Shown: positions 1 to 11,854 of the stretch, piece by piece
How positions within the stretch are numbered: the first letter of the stretch is position 1
Layout: the number at the start of each line of letters is the position of its first letter
DNA from: Coraliomargarita sp.
GTDB lineage: Bacteria; Verrucomicrobiota; Verrucomicrobiia; Opitutales; Coraliomargaritaceae
Length of the DNA stretch: 64,000 nt
Assembly: GCA_965216325.1 (NCBI GenBank)
Contig: OZ244160.1
Coordinates: 1,664,001-1,728,000, forward strand
Direction: 5' to 3'
Program-made: the position numbers and the translations under genes
Notes under the pieces: generated by a model
The model's database searches: none
Seen by the model: only the letters and a program-made list of their open reading frames with translations
What the model was told of the DNA's origin: nothing

Positions 1-1
1 C

Positions 2-586
2 AACTACGCGGGCTTCGACGATTGGCGCCTGCCCAATGCGAAGGAACTGCAATCGATCGTGGACTATACACGTTCACCAGACGCCACCAGCTCGCCGGCA
101 ATCGACCCAATCTTCCAAACAAGCATCATCGAGAACGAGGCAGGCGAAACGGATTATCCCTACTTCTGGACCTCCACCACCCACGTAGACGGACCGAATG
201 CCTCGCAGGCTGTCTACGTCTGCTTCGGCAGAGCCATCGGCCAAATGCACAACCAAATCATGGATGTGCACGGCGCGGGGGCACAGCGTAGTGACCCTAA
301 AACTGGAGAAGCACGACTCGGGCATGGGCCACAAGGCGACGCACAACGTATTCAGAACTATGTGCGCCTAGTGCGTGGAGGAGCCATCCCAGGAGAGCCT
401 AGCACTACCTCAGGCGACTATCCAGATCGTATCCATCTTGCGGATACATCCTATGAACCAGAAGAAATGACTTACTCCAAACATCGCCAGAGTAGTGGCA
501 TGCAACGGGCCGAGGGAGCCGGGCGCCCACCCCATGGGGGACACCCTCCGCACCGACATCATGACGGCCCACCACCACGCCGGTAG
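2..586 (+). CDS. DUF1566 (Lcl C-terminal) domain protein, 5'-truncated by the window edge
   Basis: The frame is open from base 2: NYAGFDDWRLPNAKELQSIVDY...YFWTSTT...YVRLVR are typical DUF1566 motifs. Ends in a His/Pro-rich tail. Confidence 0.8.
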   Translation, partial: NYAGFDDWRLPNAKELQSIVDYTRSPDATSSPAIDPIFQTSIIENEAGETDYPYFWTSTTHVDGPNASQAVYVCFGRAIGQMHNQIMDVHGAGAQRSDPKTGEARLGHGPQGDAQRIQNYVRLVRGGAIPGEPSTTSGDYPDRIHLADTSYEPEEMTYSKHRQSSGMQRAEGAGRPPHGGHPPHRHHDGPPPRR

Positions 587-649
587 TATGCACAGCATCC
601 AAAGCTTAGCTATTGCCTAGCCCATAGAATCCATCGAAGCTCTAAATAT

Positions 650-1306
650 ATGCGAGTCTTAGTAATCGAAGACGAACTCAGTCTACGGGAAACCGTGGTC
701 GAAACCCTGCGTGAAGAGGGCTTCGCCGTCGATGAAAGTGGTGACGGCGAAGAAGGGCTCTACAAAGCGATGGAGTATGATTACGACGCAGTGTTGCTGG
801 ACATCATGCTCCCCAAAATGGATGGCTGGAATGTCCTCCAAGCACTTCGCGCACGGAAGCAGACTCCGGTATTAATGCTGACTGCACGCGATGCCGTCGA
901 AGACCGGATTAAAGGCCTCGATAGCGGGGCAGATGATTATCTCCCGAAGCCATTTGACCTTTCGGAGATGATTGCGCGCACTCGCGCGATCGCACGGCGC
1001 GGCAGAGGCCAACGCAACCCGGAACTCAAGGTTCGCGACGTCAGCGTCAATACATCGACTCAAACCGTGAGCTACAAGGGCCAGTCTGTTGAGCTGACAG
1101 CACGAGAGTATGCGTTCACCGAACTCTTCGTTCGCAAAGTCGATGAGGTCGTTAGCCGTGATTACATCTACGAACATCTCTTCGACGAGAATGAAGACAG
1201 TCTGTCGAACATGCTCGACGTTTACATCTACAAGCTTCGCCAGAAATTCGGTAAGGACTTCATCAAAACCCGCCGAGGCGCCGGCTACATTCTCGAAAGC
1301 AAATAG
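650..1306 (+). CDS. OmpR/PhoB-family response regulator
   Basis: Receiver domain (VIEDE, LLDIMLP, LTARD, GADDYLPKPF) plus winged-helix output (DVYIYKLRQK, TRRGAGY). Confidence 0.95.
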   Translation: MRVLVIEDELSLRETVVETLREEGFAVDESGDGEEGLYKAMEYDYDAVLLDIMLPKMDGWNVLQALRARKQTPVLMLTARDAVEDRIKGLDSGADDYLPKPFDLSEMIARTRAIARRGRGQRNPELKVRDVSVNTSTQTVSYKGQSVELTAREYAFTELFVRKVDEVVSRDYIYEHLFDENEDSLSNMLDVYIYKLRQKFGKDFIKTRRGAGYILESK

Positions 1307-1312
1307 TCACTC

Positions 1313-2857
1313 ATGCTGGTCAACTCCATACGCGGCCGGATTCAAGTCTGGCATACAACACTCCTGACGATTCTCATGGTCGGCTTGTTGACCGCATTTT
1401 ATTTTCACGAGAAAGAAATCCTCAACCGTGAGTTCGACAACCGTCTGATGGCACCGATCACCTCGCTGGTGCCTCACTTCGCCCCCACACCGGTCGAGCC
1501 TCCACAAAGAAGCCAAGGGCCACAGGGGCCCGACCATGGACCACCGTCCTTGCAAGATCGTGAGAGCCGCCCATCCGGACCACCGCCACGCGGTCCCTCC
1601 GGAGGCGGGCCATCTTATCGACGGCAAGGACCTCCACCGCCACCCAACGGCGGACACCGTGCGGGGCCAGGCATGGAAAGTGAAGCAGAGCGCTTAAGCC
1701 GCCAACAAGAAGCCGCAGCACCCGTGATTGAGCAAGGCCTCTACATTGTCTCACTCCGAGCCGACGGAACCACTTCCTTCAAAAGCGCGAACGCTCCAGA
1801 CCTAGTCCCCCACCCACAAGACAACGGCGACCCGATCACACGTCAGGCCTTTGCCCGCACCGTAGGCCCCAACCGTGAGTGCGTGCACATGGCACCTGCA
1901 GGCGGATGCGTCATCCTTGGCGCAAACGCGCAGCCGATTGCAGCATCACTCGCGCAGCTGCGCTACACGCTACTCGGGACCGGAATCGGCATCGTACTAT
2001 TCGGCTACCTGATTGGCTGGGTGCTCGTCGGACGCTCGCTAAAACCGATTCAGTCCATTTCACAAACCGCAGCACAGATCTCAGCGGGTGATCTCTCCAA
2101 GCGCATCGACCTCAACGACACCGAGTCCGAACTCGGGCAAATGGGTGAAGTCCTTAACGACACCTTTAGTAAGTTGGATAGCGCCTTTGAGCAACAAGTG
2201 CGCTTTACCGCCGATGCTTCACACGAACTACGCACACCAATCTCAGTCATTCTTGCGAAATGCCAGTTCGCACTGCGACGCGACCGCGAACCAGAAAAAT
2301 ACCGTGAAGCCCTCAAAACCTGCGAAGCCTCCGCACAGCACATTCGCGGCCTAGTCGAATCCTTGCTCGAACTGGCACGCATCGATTCAGGAGAGTTTAG
2401 AATCAACAAGTCCAAGGGCGACCTCGCTGAAACCGCGGGACATACCGTCGAGATGTTGAACACGCTCGCGGAAGCCAAACAGATACGGCTGACCCTCACT
2501 CATGACTCGACACCGGCGACCTTTGACCAAAACCGTATCCATCAGGTCGCGACCAACCTGATTGGCAACGCAATCAAGTATACCCAAGAGGGCGGCACGA
2601 TTGATGTGCAGGTGCATGGACAAGGCAGCTTTGCGGTGATGGAGGTGCGCGACACTGGACCGGGCATTGAACCAAAGCACATGCCTTACCTCTTCGACCG
2701 CTTCTATCGATCCAGCAATGAGCGCTCGGATGACCGCCGTAGCACTGGCCTCGGCCTCGCGATTGCCAAGGCCATCGTCGACGCCCACCGCGGAGAAATC
2801 ACGGTCGATAGCCAACTCGGCGCCGGAAGCTGCTTCACGGTGCGGCTACCTGTCTAG
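1313..2857 (+). CDS. Two-TM HAMP sensor histidine kinase
   Basis: H-box FTADASHELRTP, N-box NLIGNAIKY, DTGPGI, FDRFYR, GLGLAI. Starts 6 bp after the regulator. Confidence 0.95.
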   Translation: MLVNSIRGRIQVWHTTLLTILMVGLLTAFYFHEKEILNREFDNRLMAPITSLVPHFAPTPVEPPQRSQGPQGPDHGPPSLQDRESRPSGPPPRGPSGGGPSYRRQGPPPPPNGGHRAGPGMESEAERLSRQQEAAAPVIEQGLYIVSLRADGTTSFKSANAPDLVPHPQDNGDPITRQAFARTVGPNRECVHMAPAGGCVILGANAQPIAASLAQLRYTLLGTGIGIVLFGYLIGWVLVGRSLKPIQSISQTAAQISAGDLSKRIDLNDTESELGQMGEVLNDTFSKLDSAFEQQVRFTADASHELRTPISVILAKCQFALRRDREPEKYREALKTCEASAQHIRGLVESLLELARIDSGEFRINKSKGDLAETAGHTVEMLNTLAEAKQIRLTLTHDSTPATFDQNRIHQVATNLIGNAIKYTQEGGTIDVQVHGQGSFAVMEVRDTGPGIEPKHMPYLFDRFYRSSNERSDDRRSTGLGLAIAKAIVDAHRGEITVDSQLGAGSCFTVRLPV

Positions 2858-2904
2858 CCTGACTGGATAGCCATTTATATTGCGAGGAAATCCATTAGAC
2901 CATC

Positions 2905-2974
2905 GTAGGGCTCGTGCTTGCACGATGCCACCGAGCCACAAGACCTCGAGGCACTTTGCAAGCAAAGGCCCTAC
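2905..2974. repeat. Inverted GTAG-REP pair (REPIN-like)
   Basis: GTAGGGCTCGTGCTTGCACGATGCC ... GGCACTTTGCAAGCAAAGGCCCTAC; one arm is near-identical to the arm ending at 18981. Confidence 0.75.
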
Positions 2975-2990
2975 CATCCTACCCTAATCC

Positions 2991-3347
2991 CTACACACCA
3001 TAGCTCTTGAGGATGTCCAAATCGACAAACTCCAAGACCGAGGCATGTGTTGCTTCTAGACGGACGGGCGGAGCAACGCCTGCATGATGCGCCTCAATCC
3101 AACGTTGCAAGCAAAGGCACCAGAAATCTCCGGGCTTCAAGCCAGGGAACTGATACTGTGGCACTGGCGTAATCAGATCATTCCCTTGCTCCACACTGAA
3201 CTGGAGAAACTCCTCCGTCATCTGCGCACAAACGGTATGCATACCAACATCATCGGCACAGGTATCACAGATGCCTGTGCGGAAGAAACCTGTTACCGGA
3301 TCGGAGCTACAGGTGATCAAAGCAGTGCCTAATACATTAGATGCCAT
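2991..3347 (-). CDS. DUF2237 family protein
   Basis: NVLG...CSSDPVTGFFRTG.C, HTVCA, FPGLKPGDFWCLC, APPVRLEATH. Confidence 0.85.
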   Translation of the reverse strand: MASNVLGTALITCSSDPVTGFFRTGICDTCADDVGMHTVCAQMTEEFLQFSVEQGNDLITPVPQYQFPGLKPGDFWCLCLQRWIEAHHAGVAPPVRLEATHASVLEFVDLDILKSYGV

Positions 3348-3405
3348 AAGACTATAGGAGTGATCAGCTGTGAGGAGTCAACCGACTCGAGCAAGTTCAC
3401 ACCCC

Positions 3406-3492
3406 GTAGCGTGCGCACTTGTGCGTCACCACAGAGCACAAGTCGCCAGCATAGCCCCTCCTGCGCAGTGCGTCCACAAGTGGAGCACCTAC
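3406..3492. repeat. Inverted GTAG-REP pair, divergent family member
   Basis: GTAGCGTGCGCACTTGTGCGTCAC ... GTGCGTCCACAAGTGGAGCACCTAC. Confidence 0.6.
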
Positions 3493-3505
3493 AGCAAACA
3501 AACCA

Positions 3506-4531
3506 CTACTGGATCCGGCCTAACTGGGCACGCACGAGCTCGGCGATCTTCTGCATCGCAGTCACCGGAGCCAACTCTTCGAACGGTGCAAGCGCAGCGG
3601 TCGCCTGAGTCAACTGACCTTCAAAAGTAGCCACCACCTCGTCAAAGATCGGGAAGTCATGCAAACGCTTGGTGAAGTCAGCGGCCACCGTCTTGTCCCC
3701 CTCTTTGAAGCGGGCCAACAAGGCATCACGCTCGTCTTGCGGCAACTTTTCCAAGAGCAACAACAAGGGCAGCGTAAATTTGCCTTTGTCCAAATCGGTG
3801 CCGAGCGTCTTACCGATCATCGACTCGTCGGCATACAAGTCGACCAAGTCATCGAAGATCTGATAGGCAATGCCCACATGACGGCCAAACAGGCCGGCAG
3901 CCTCACTGAACGCGTCCGAGTAACCACCAATCTTTGCTCCCAAGCGACAAGACACTTCAAAGAGCTCGGCAGTCTTCAACTGGATCACACGGAAGTAAAA
4001 CTCGCGACTGTAGTTCACCTCGCCGCGCTGGTAGGTCTGTGCGATCTCGCCCGCACAGACACGAGCCGTTGCCTGCGCAACCGTGCGGCAAACCTCGTTG
4101 GTCTCAAATTCCGCAGCCAGCTTCAAGGCATGCGAAAACAGCACATCGCCAATCAACACTGCGGCAGCCGGGCCAAATTTCTTCGCGGCGGTTTCCTGGC
4201 GGTGGCGAGTGTCCGCCTCATCGAGAATGTCATCATGCACCAGCGTCGCCAAGTGAACGAGCTCGATCACCGAACCAAGCTTGATCAGATCCTCACCGCG
4301 ATTTTCGGCAGGACCTTCCCAACCACTGTAGGCCACCAACATCGGCCGCAAGCGCTTGCCACTGTGCCCAAATACATAGCGCACATGATCTTGCACCTCC
4401 GGCTCCAGCTCCTCCACCTGTGACTGCAGGAAGATATCGAGATCGTCCAGATACGGCTTTACCGGCTCATATACCTCGGTAAAGCCAGCGGCGGCTACCT
4501 TGTCAGCTTCAGACTGTGATCGGGTGGTCAT
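3506..4531 (-). CDS. ispB: Polyprenyl diphosphate synthase (IspB/HepT-like)
   Basis: GKRLRP, first Asp-rich motif LVHDDILD, second motif QIFDDLVD, GKTLGTDL. Confidence 0.85.
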   Translation of the reverse strand: MTTRSQSEADKVAAAGFTEVYEPVKPYLDDLDIFLQSQVEELEPEVQDHVRYVFGHSGKRLRPMLVAYSGWEGPAENRGEDLIKLGSVIELVHLATLVHDDILDEADTRHRQETAAKKFGPAAAVLIGDVLFSHALKLAAEFETNEVCRTVAQATARVCAGEIAQTYQRGEVNYSREFYFRVIQLKTAELFEVSCRLGAKIGGYSDAFSEAAGLFGRHVGIAYQIFDDLVDLYADESMIGKTLGTDLDKGKFTLPLLLLLEKLPQDERDALLARFKEGDKTVAADFTKRLHDFPIFDEVVATFEGQLTQATAALAPFEELAPVTAMQKIAELVRAQLGRIQ

Positions 4532-4617
4532 GGGACAGATATGAAAGTCGGAAGGTTCAAAGGTGCAAAGGTATTTGCGAACTTTCCCACCTTTACACGT
4601 TCATACATGTCAACTGA

Positions 4618-5394
4618 TCACAACCACTCTTCGACGGCGGCGAGGAACCCCTTACGGTCTTCGACATGCACATTGTGGCCCGCATTCGACACACTCACTT
4701 CACGAATGTGCGGGAACCAGTGCATCATTTCCAAGGAGTCCCGATCATCTATAAAGTTGGATTTGCCCCCGCGCACCAGCAGGGTCGGGCCATTGTAGCG
4801 GTCCGTTTCCAGTAGCGAATTCTGGCGAATATGCGGCAGACTCGCATACAGGGCTTCCAGATTAATCTGCCATTTGAAAGTGCCGGTCGCGTCATCGCGC
4901 ACCAGATTGGTGAGTAGAAACTGACGCATCGCCCAATTCTCCACCATCGGCTCCAGTGCAGCCTCCGCCTCCTTGCGGTTGCCCAGTTCGCCAACCGCAA
5001 TCGACTTCATCGCACGAAACTCTGCGTCGTGATACGGTGGATACGGCTTCGCGGCAATATCCACAATGATTAGCTTGGTGACGACCTCGGGATACTCACT
5101 GGCAAAGCGCATGGCCACCTTACCACCGAGACTGTGGCCCATCAGGATGCATTCACTGATCGTGTTTGCTTTGAGGTAAGCGCTCAGATCCGACAGCATC
5201 TCTGCCCAGCGCATCGATTCCGCGTGCGGCGAGCTACCATGATTGCGCAGATCCACCGCATGCACCTCATAACGATCCTGCAAAGCCTTGCCGATCGTCG
5301 TCCAATTGCGCGACGAGCCCAACAAACCGTGCAGGATCACCATCACGGGTGCACCCGGATTCTCGAAACGAAGCGAATGTAACTGAACTGCCAT
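4618..5394 (-). CDS. Alpha/beta hydrolase, YbfF-like esterase
   Basis: HGLLGSSRNW, DLRNHG, GHSLGG nucleophile elbow, AGHNVH. Confidence 0.85.
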   Translation of the reverse strand: MAVQLHSLRFENPGAPVMVILHGLLGSSRNWTTIGKALQDRYEVHAVDLRNHGSSPHAESMRWAEMLSDLSAYLKANTISECILMGHSLGGKVAMRFASEYPEVVTKLIIVDIAAKPYPPYHDAEFRAMKSIAVGELGNRKEAEAALEPMVENWAMRQFLLTNLVRDDATGTFKWQINLEALYASLPHIRQNSLLETDRYNGPTLLVRGGKSNFIDDRDSLEMMHWFPHIREVSVSNAGHNVHVEDRKGFLAAVEEWL

Positions 5395-5456
5395 GCCTCT
5401 TCAATGAGCCAGCACACTCCGGAGATCAAGCGCGCTTGTGTATCCAGCAGAGCCTT

Positions 5457-5483
5457 GTAGGGGCGTGCCTAAGCGCGCCCGCC
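5457..5483 (+). repeat. Single GTAG-REP
   Basis: GTAGGGGCGTGCCTAAGCGCGCCCGCC, related to the copies at 37645 and 42438. Confidence 0.55.
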
Positions 5484-5558
5484 CCGTCTGATAGCGGTTT
5501 CATCGTGTATACTCCTGCCCAAAGTAAGGTCACCGCCCTCACCGCGTTTGATCTTCAT

Positions 5559-7094
5559 ATGGTCTTACGCTTCATACTGGGCGATCAGCTCAGCCATGGG
5601 ATTTCCAGCTTATCGGATGGTAACCCAAAGACGGATGTCGTCCTCCTATGCGAGGTGCGCCAGGAAGCCACGCGTGTTCGCCATCACAAAAAGAAGATCG
5701 CCTTCATTTTTTCAGCTATGCGCCACTTTGCTGCAGAGCTCGAAGCCACGGGCTACCGCGTTGACTACATTCGCTACGACGAGCCGGACAACGCCGGCAG
5801 CTTTACCAGCGAACTCGAGCACGCCCTGAAGCGCCACCAACCCGAAAAAGTCGTCGTCACCGAACCCAGCGAATACACAGCGCTCGAAGAAGTGAACAGC
5901 TGGAAATCCAAGCTAGAGACACCAATCGAAGTGCGCACAGACGACCGCTTTCTCTGCACCCAAGCACGCTTTGCCAAATGGGCTGAGGGCCGCAAACAGC
6001 TGCGCATGGAGTACTTCTATCGCGAGATGCGCCGCGCGCACAACATCCTTATGGACGCGGACGAACCCGCTGGTGGCCAATGGAACTACGACGCCGAGAA
6101 CCGCAAGCCTCCTAAAGAAGGACTGGAGATACCTCCCACCTATCAGAGCAAGCCCGACGCGATCACACAGGAGGTGCTCACATTAGTCGCTGAGGAGTTC
6201 GATGATCATTTCGGCGACCTAGAGCCCTTTCACTTCGCAGTCACCGCCAAGCAAGCACGCCACGCCCTCAAGCAATTCATTTCCGAGCGTCTCTGCTCCT
6301 TTGGTGACTATCAAGACGCAATGATTCAGGGCGAGCCCTGGATGTATCACGCGCACCTAAGCTTCTACCTCAACTGCGGTTTGCTCACTCCAATCGAGTG
6401 TATCGAAGCCGCCGAGACCGCTTATCGCAAAGGACAGGCTCCGCTCAATGCCGTCGAAGGCTTCATCCGCCAGATCCTCGGTTGGCGCGAATATGTGCGC
6501 GGTCTCTACTGGCTCAAAATGCCGGACTACGCCGCGGAGAACTTCCTCGAAGCCGAGCGCAGCCTCCCCGAATTTCTCTGGAACGGAAAAACACAAATGA
6601 ACTGCCTGCGTCAATGCGTGCTGGAGACCAAAGAAAATGCCTACGCCCATCATATCCAACGCCTCATGGTGATCGGCAACTTTGCCCTACTTGCGGGACT
6701 CTCGCCCGACGGAGTCAACGAGTGGTTCTGGATCGTCTATGCCGACGCCTACCAATGGGTCGAGCTACCCAATGTTAGCGGCATGATCCTGTACGCCGAT
6801 GGTGGCTTGCTCGCATCAAAACCTTACGCCGCCAGCGGCGCCTACATCAAGCGCATGTCCAACTACTGTGATGGTTGCAGCTACAAAGTCGCAAAGAAAA
6901 ACGGCGCCTCAGCCTGTCCCTTCAATTACCTCTACTGGAACTTTCTCCTCACCCAACAAGATCGCCTAAGCAAGAACCCACGCATGGGCATGCCCTATCG
7001 GACGCTCTCGCGAATGCAGCCCGAAAAGATCCAAACCATTCGTGAGGACAGCACACGCTTCCTCACAGCCATGTCCGCAGGCGAACTTGTCTAA
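5559..7094 (+). CDS. Cryptochrome/photolyase family, FeS-BCP (PhrB/CryB-like (6-4) photolyase) type
   Basis: Start chosen at MVLRFILGDQL. Motifs HHKKKI, LRMEYFYR, GGQWNYDAENR, EGFIRQILGWRE, AHHIQRLM, SKPY; four candidate Fe-S cysteines (NC, YCDGC, ACP). Confidence 0.9.
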   Translation: MVLRFILGDQLSHGISSLSDGNPKTDVVLLCEVRQEATRVRHHKKKIAFIFSAMRHFAAELEATGYRVDYIRYDEPDNAGSFTSELEHALKRHQPEKVVVTEPSEYTALEEVNSWKSKLETPIEVRTDDRFLCTQARFAKWAEGRKQLRMEYFYREMRRAHNILMDADEPAGGQWNYDAENRKPPKEGLEIPPTYQSKPDAITQEVLTLVAEEFDDHFGDLEPFHFAVTAKQARHALKQFISERLCSFGDYQDAMIQGEPWMYHAHLSFYLNCGLLTPIECIEAAETAYRKGQAPLNAVEGFIRQILGWREYVRGLYWLKMPDYAAENFLEAERSLPEFLWNGKTQMNCLRQCVLETKENAYAHHIQRLMVIGNFALLAGLSPDGVNEWFWIVYADAYQWVELPNVSGMILYADGGLLASKPYAASGAYIKRMSNYCDGCSYKVAKKNGASACPFNYLYWNFLLTQQDRLSKNPRMGMPYRTLSRMQPEKIQTIREDSTRFLTAMSAGELV

Positions 7095-7106
7095 GCACAA
7101 GAACAA

Positions 7107-7826
7107 ATGACAATGACCCAGCGAACCGCACGCATGTATCAAAGCTGGCGCGATCTGCTATTCCTCCACTGGCCCGTCGACCCAGCAATCATCCAAGCAA
7201 CCTTGCCATCCGGCTTGAGCACAGCCTGCCATGAGGGAGTCGCTTACCTTGGAGTCGTGCCGTTCACGATGCATGGGCTCCGGCCACGCTACCTCCCGCC
7301 CTGCCCAGGCATCTCTTACTTTCCCGAGCTCAATTTGCGCACCTACGTGCGCGACGAATCCGGTCGACCCGGCGTCTGGTTCTATTCGCTGGATGCACAG
7401 TCCCATATTTCCGTAGCGATTGCTCGCCGATTCTTCCACCTGCCCTACGCCTACGCGAACATGAGCAGCTCCCGCAAAGCAGACGGCAGCATCCACTTCC
7501 GCGCAGCGCGTCCCGGGCAGCCCACGCAGGCCCTCACCTACCGCCCCACCAGGCAACTCGGGCCTGCAGCAACTGGCTCCCTTGAGCATTTTCTGGTCGA
7601 GCGTTATCGCCTCTTCGCCTACGACGCACACAAAAAGCAGCTCCACATGGGCGAGCTCAGCCACAGCCCCTACGTCTTGCACGAAGCCGAAGTCAGCGAG
7701 TACAGCACCGATCTCTTCGAGTTAAATGGCTTCGAACGACCCAACACCGAGCCTTGCCATGCGGTCTACAGCGCAGGTGTGACCGTCGAAGTCTACGACA
7801 TGCAGCGCATCCCCTTCGAGGGCTGA
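7107..7826 (+). CDS. DUF2071/YqjF family protein
   Basis: WRDLLFLHW, FPELNLRTYV, GVWFYSLDA, FLVERY. Confidence 0.85.
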   Translation: MTMTQRTARMYQSWRDLLFLHWPVDPAIIQATLPSGLSTACHEGVAYLGVVPFTMHGLRPRYLPPCPGISYFPELNLRTYVRDESGRPGVWFYSLDAQSHISVAIARRFFHLPYAYANMSSSRKADGSIHFRAARPGQPTQALTYRPTRQLGPAATGSLEHFLVERYRLFAYDAHKKQLHMGELSHSPYVLHEAEVSEYSTDLFELNGFERPNTEPCHAVYSAGVTVEVYDMQRIPFEG

Positions 7827-7896
7827 ATCGATTCCCTGTAAATTTACTTTTACATGGGTCCAATCACGTCCATTCATGGTCGTGACTGACTAACTT

Positions 7897-10464
<2,568 letters not shown>

Positions 10465-10470
10465 TCCACA

Positions 10471-10518
10471 TGTTTGCCTTGTTATTTCGGAATGTATTCC
10501 GAAATAACAAGGCAAACA
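10471..10518. repeat. Perfect 23-bp inverted repeat with a 2-nt centre
   Basis: TGTTTGCCTTGTTATTTCGGAAT-GT-ATTCCGAAATAACAAGGCAAACA. Confidence 0.9.
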
Positions 10519-10528
10519 CTTTAAGATC

Positions 10529-11764
10529 ATGGCATGGCGCATCGAAGAATCCGTCGAACGGGGCGAAATTGACAACCGCACACGTGACCGTGTGACTGGA
10601 AAACTTTGGCTCTGCGGACGCGATGAGCCTGTCCACATCGAGTTAACTGGTAACCCTTGGCGTGATTTGGCGGGACAATACCTGCGGTTCACGAACCCAG
10701 ACCCCAAGCCCTTACCTGAGAAGTATCAAAACTTCGCCACCGACCAAACGGGTGTCGTGGGCGACATGACCGCCGCACGCAAGGTCAAGATCCTGGAGTT
10801 CCCCATCGAAGAGCTTCACAAATATTACAAGACGGGTGTGCCGATGCCCTATCACTGGGGTAACTGCCTCTACTTAGAGTGGTATAGTGTGCGAAATGGA
10901 CGTGTGGTCATCGAGGGCCCTGAATGGCAGTTACAAGTTGAACCAGAAGCCGCATGGCAGATGACCAAAGCAGAGGAGATCGCTCAAGCCGAGGCGAACG
11001 GGCGGGCACTGACGGGCTTTATGGACATGATGGTCGAGGCCGCAGAGCAAGCCGAGCAGGAGGATCTCGACGACGATGCGCCACAAAGCACTGCGGAAGC
11101 TGAAGCCGATGCCGAAGCGGCCCGCATGGACCTGCTCAACGATCGGATCGACGCCCGCCTCCAACGAGAAGACGAACTCAACGCCGACACTCTCGACCGC
11201 ATAATGGAGGAAGAGCGCGAGCGGCTACGCAAAGAGCGCGGCGAGCCCGAACCGGAACCACCCACGCCCGAGGAAGCAGCCGAACAAAACCGCCGGATTG
11301 AGGAAATGAATGCCGCTGCCGAGGAGGCGCTGCAGGATGGAAGTGTTGACGATCAAAACCGCGAGCATCCATTAGTCACTCATTGCCACGACGTATCCCG
11401 CCGTCTTCGTAAAGCGATCAAAGCGAACGCCTGGCTTCCCGAAAATGCCCACCAAGAGCATCCACTGCACGTAATGCAACAAGGCCTCTGGTTTGCCTCC
11501 GCGAAACTTGCAGGCGCCCTCAACGGCGACTTAAACGATTGGCCACCCGACCCACTTTTTGCCGGAGATACTCTGGTGCGCCTCAAGAAAGCACGCAGCT
11601 ATTTGGCCGACTCGATGGCTGGCGCCCAAGCGGCAGAGGCCGAAAAACTCTGCGATCCCGTTTGGCTCAAAAGCCACCAGCAAGAACTCGAGTCTGTGCA
11701 ATATGAAGTGCACGAACTGATCGATGAAGTGCGAGGCGTGCTGCGCCGAAGCGAAGGCGAATGA
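10529..11764 (+). CDS. Hypothetical protein (N-terminal beta-rich region, acidic coiled-coil C-terminal half)
   Basis: 411-aa ORF with host-like codon usage between mutS and holA; no motif recognised. Confidence 0.75.
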   Translation: MAWRIEESVERGEIDNRTRDRVTGKLWLCGRDEPVHIELTGNPWRDLAGQYLRFTNPDPKPLPEKYQNFATDQTGVVGDMTAARKVKILEFPIEELHKYYKTGVPMPYHWGNCLYLEWYSVRNGRVVIEGPEWQLQVEPEAAWQMTKAEEIAQAEANGRALTGFMDMMVEAAEQAEQEDLDDDAPQSTAEAEADAEAARMDLLNDRIDARLQREDELNADTLDRIMEEERERLRKERGEPEPEPPTPEEAAEQNRRIEEMNAAAEEALQDGSVDDQNREHPLVTHCHDVSRRLRKAIKANAWLPENAHQEHPLHVMQQGLWFASAKLAGALNGDLNDWPPDPLFAGDTLVRLKKARSYLADSMAGAQAAEAEKLCDPVWLKSHQQELESVQYEVHELIDEVRGVLRRSEGE

Positions 11765-11779
11765 GACCACACAGAACAC

Positions 11780-11851
11780 GGAGGTGGGACACTCTTGTCC
11801 CACTCAATAGTAGCTTTCCTATAAAAGGCAGGACAAGAGTGTCCCGCCTCC
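11780..11851. repeat. Inverted GGAG-type REP pair between convergent genes
   Basis: GGAGGTGGGACACTCTTGTCCCAC ... GCAGGACAAGAGTGTCCCGCCTCC; a related pair lies at 46529-46599. Confidence 0.7.
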
Positions 11852-11854
11852 GAC

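Noticed and set aside
5349..5558. Long N-terminal extensions in the ORF track (photolyase, recJ, menA, panE, helicase, S8 peptidase, GH20)
   Set aside because: The extensions run through REPs, terminators or neighbouring genes; family motifs begin at downstream ATGs.
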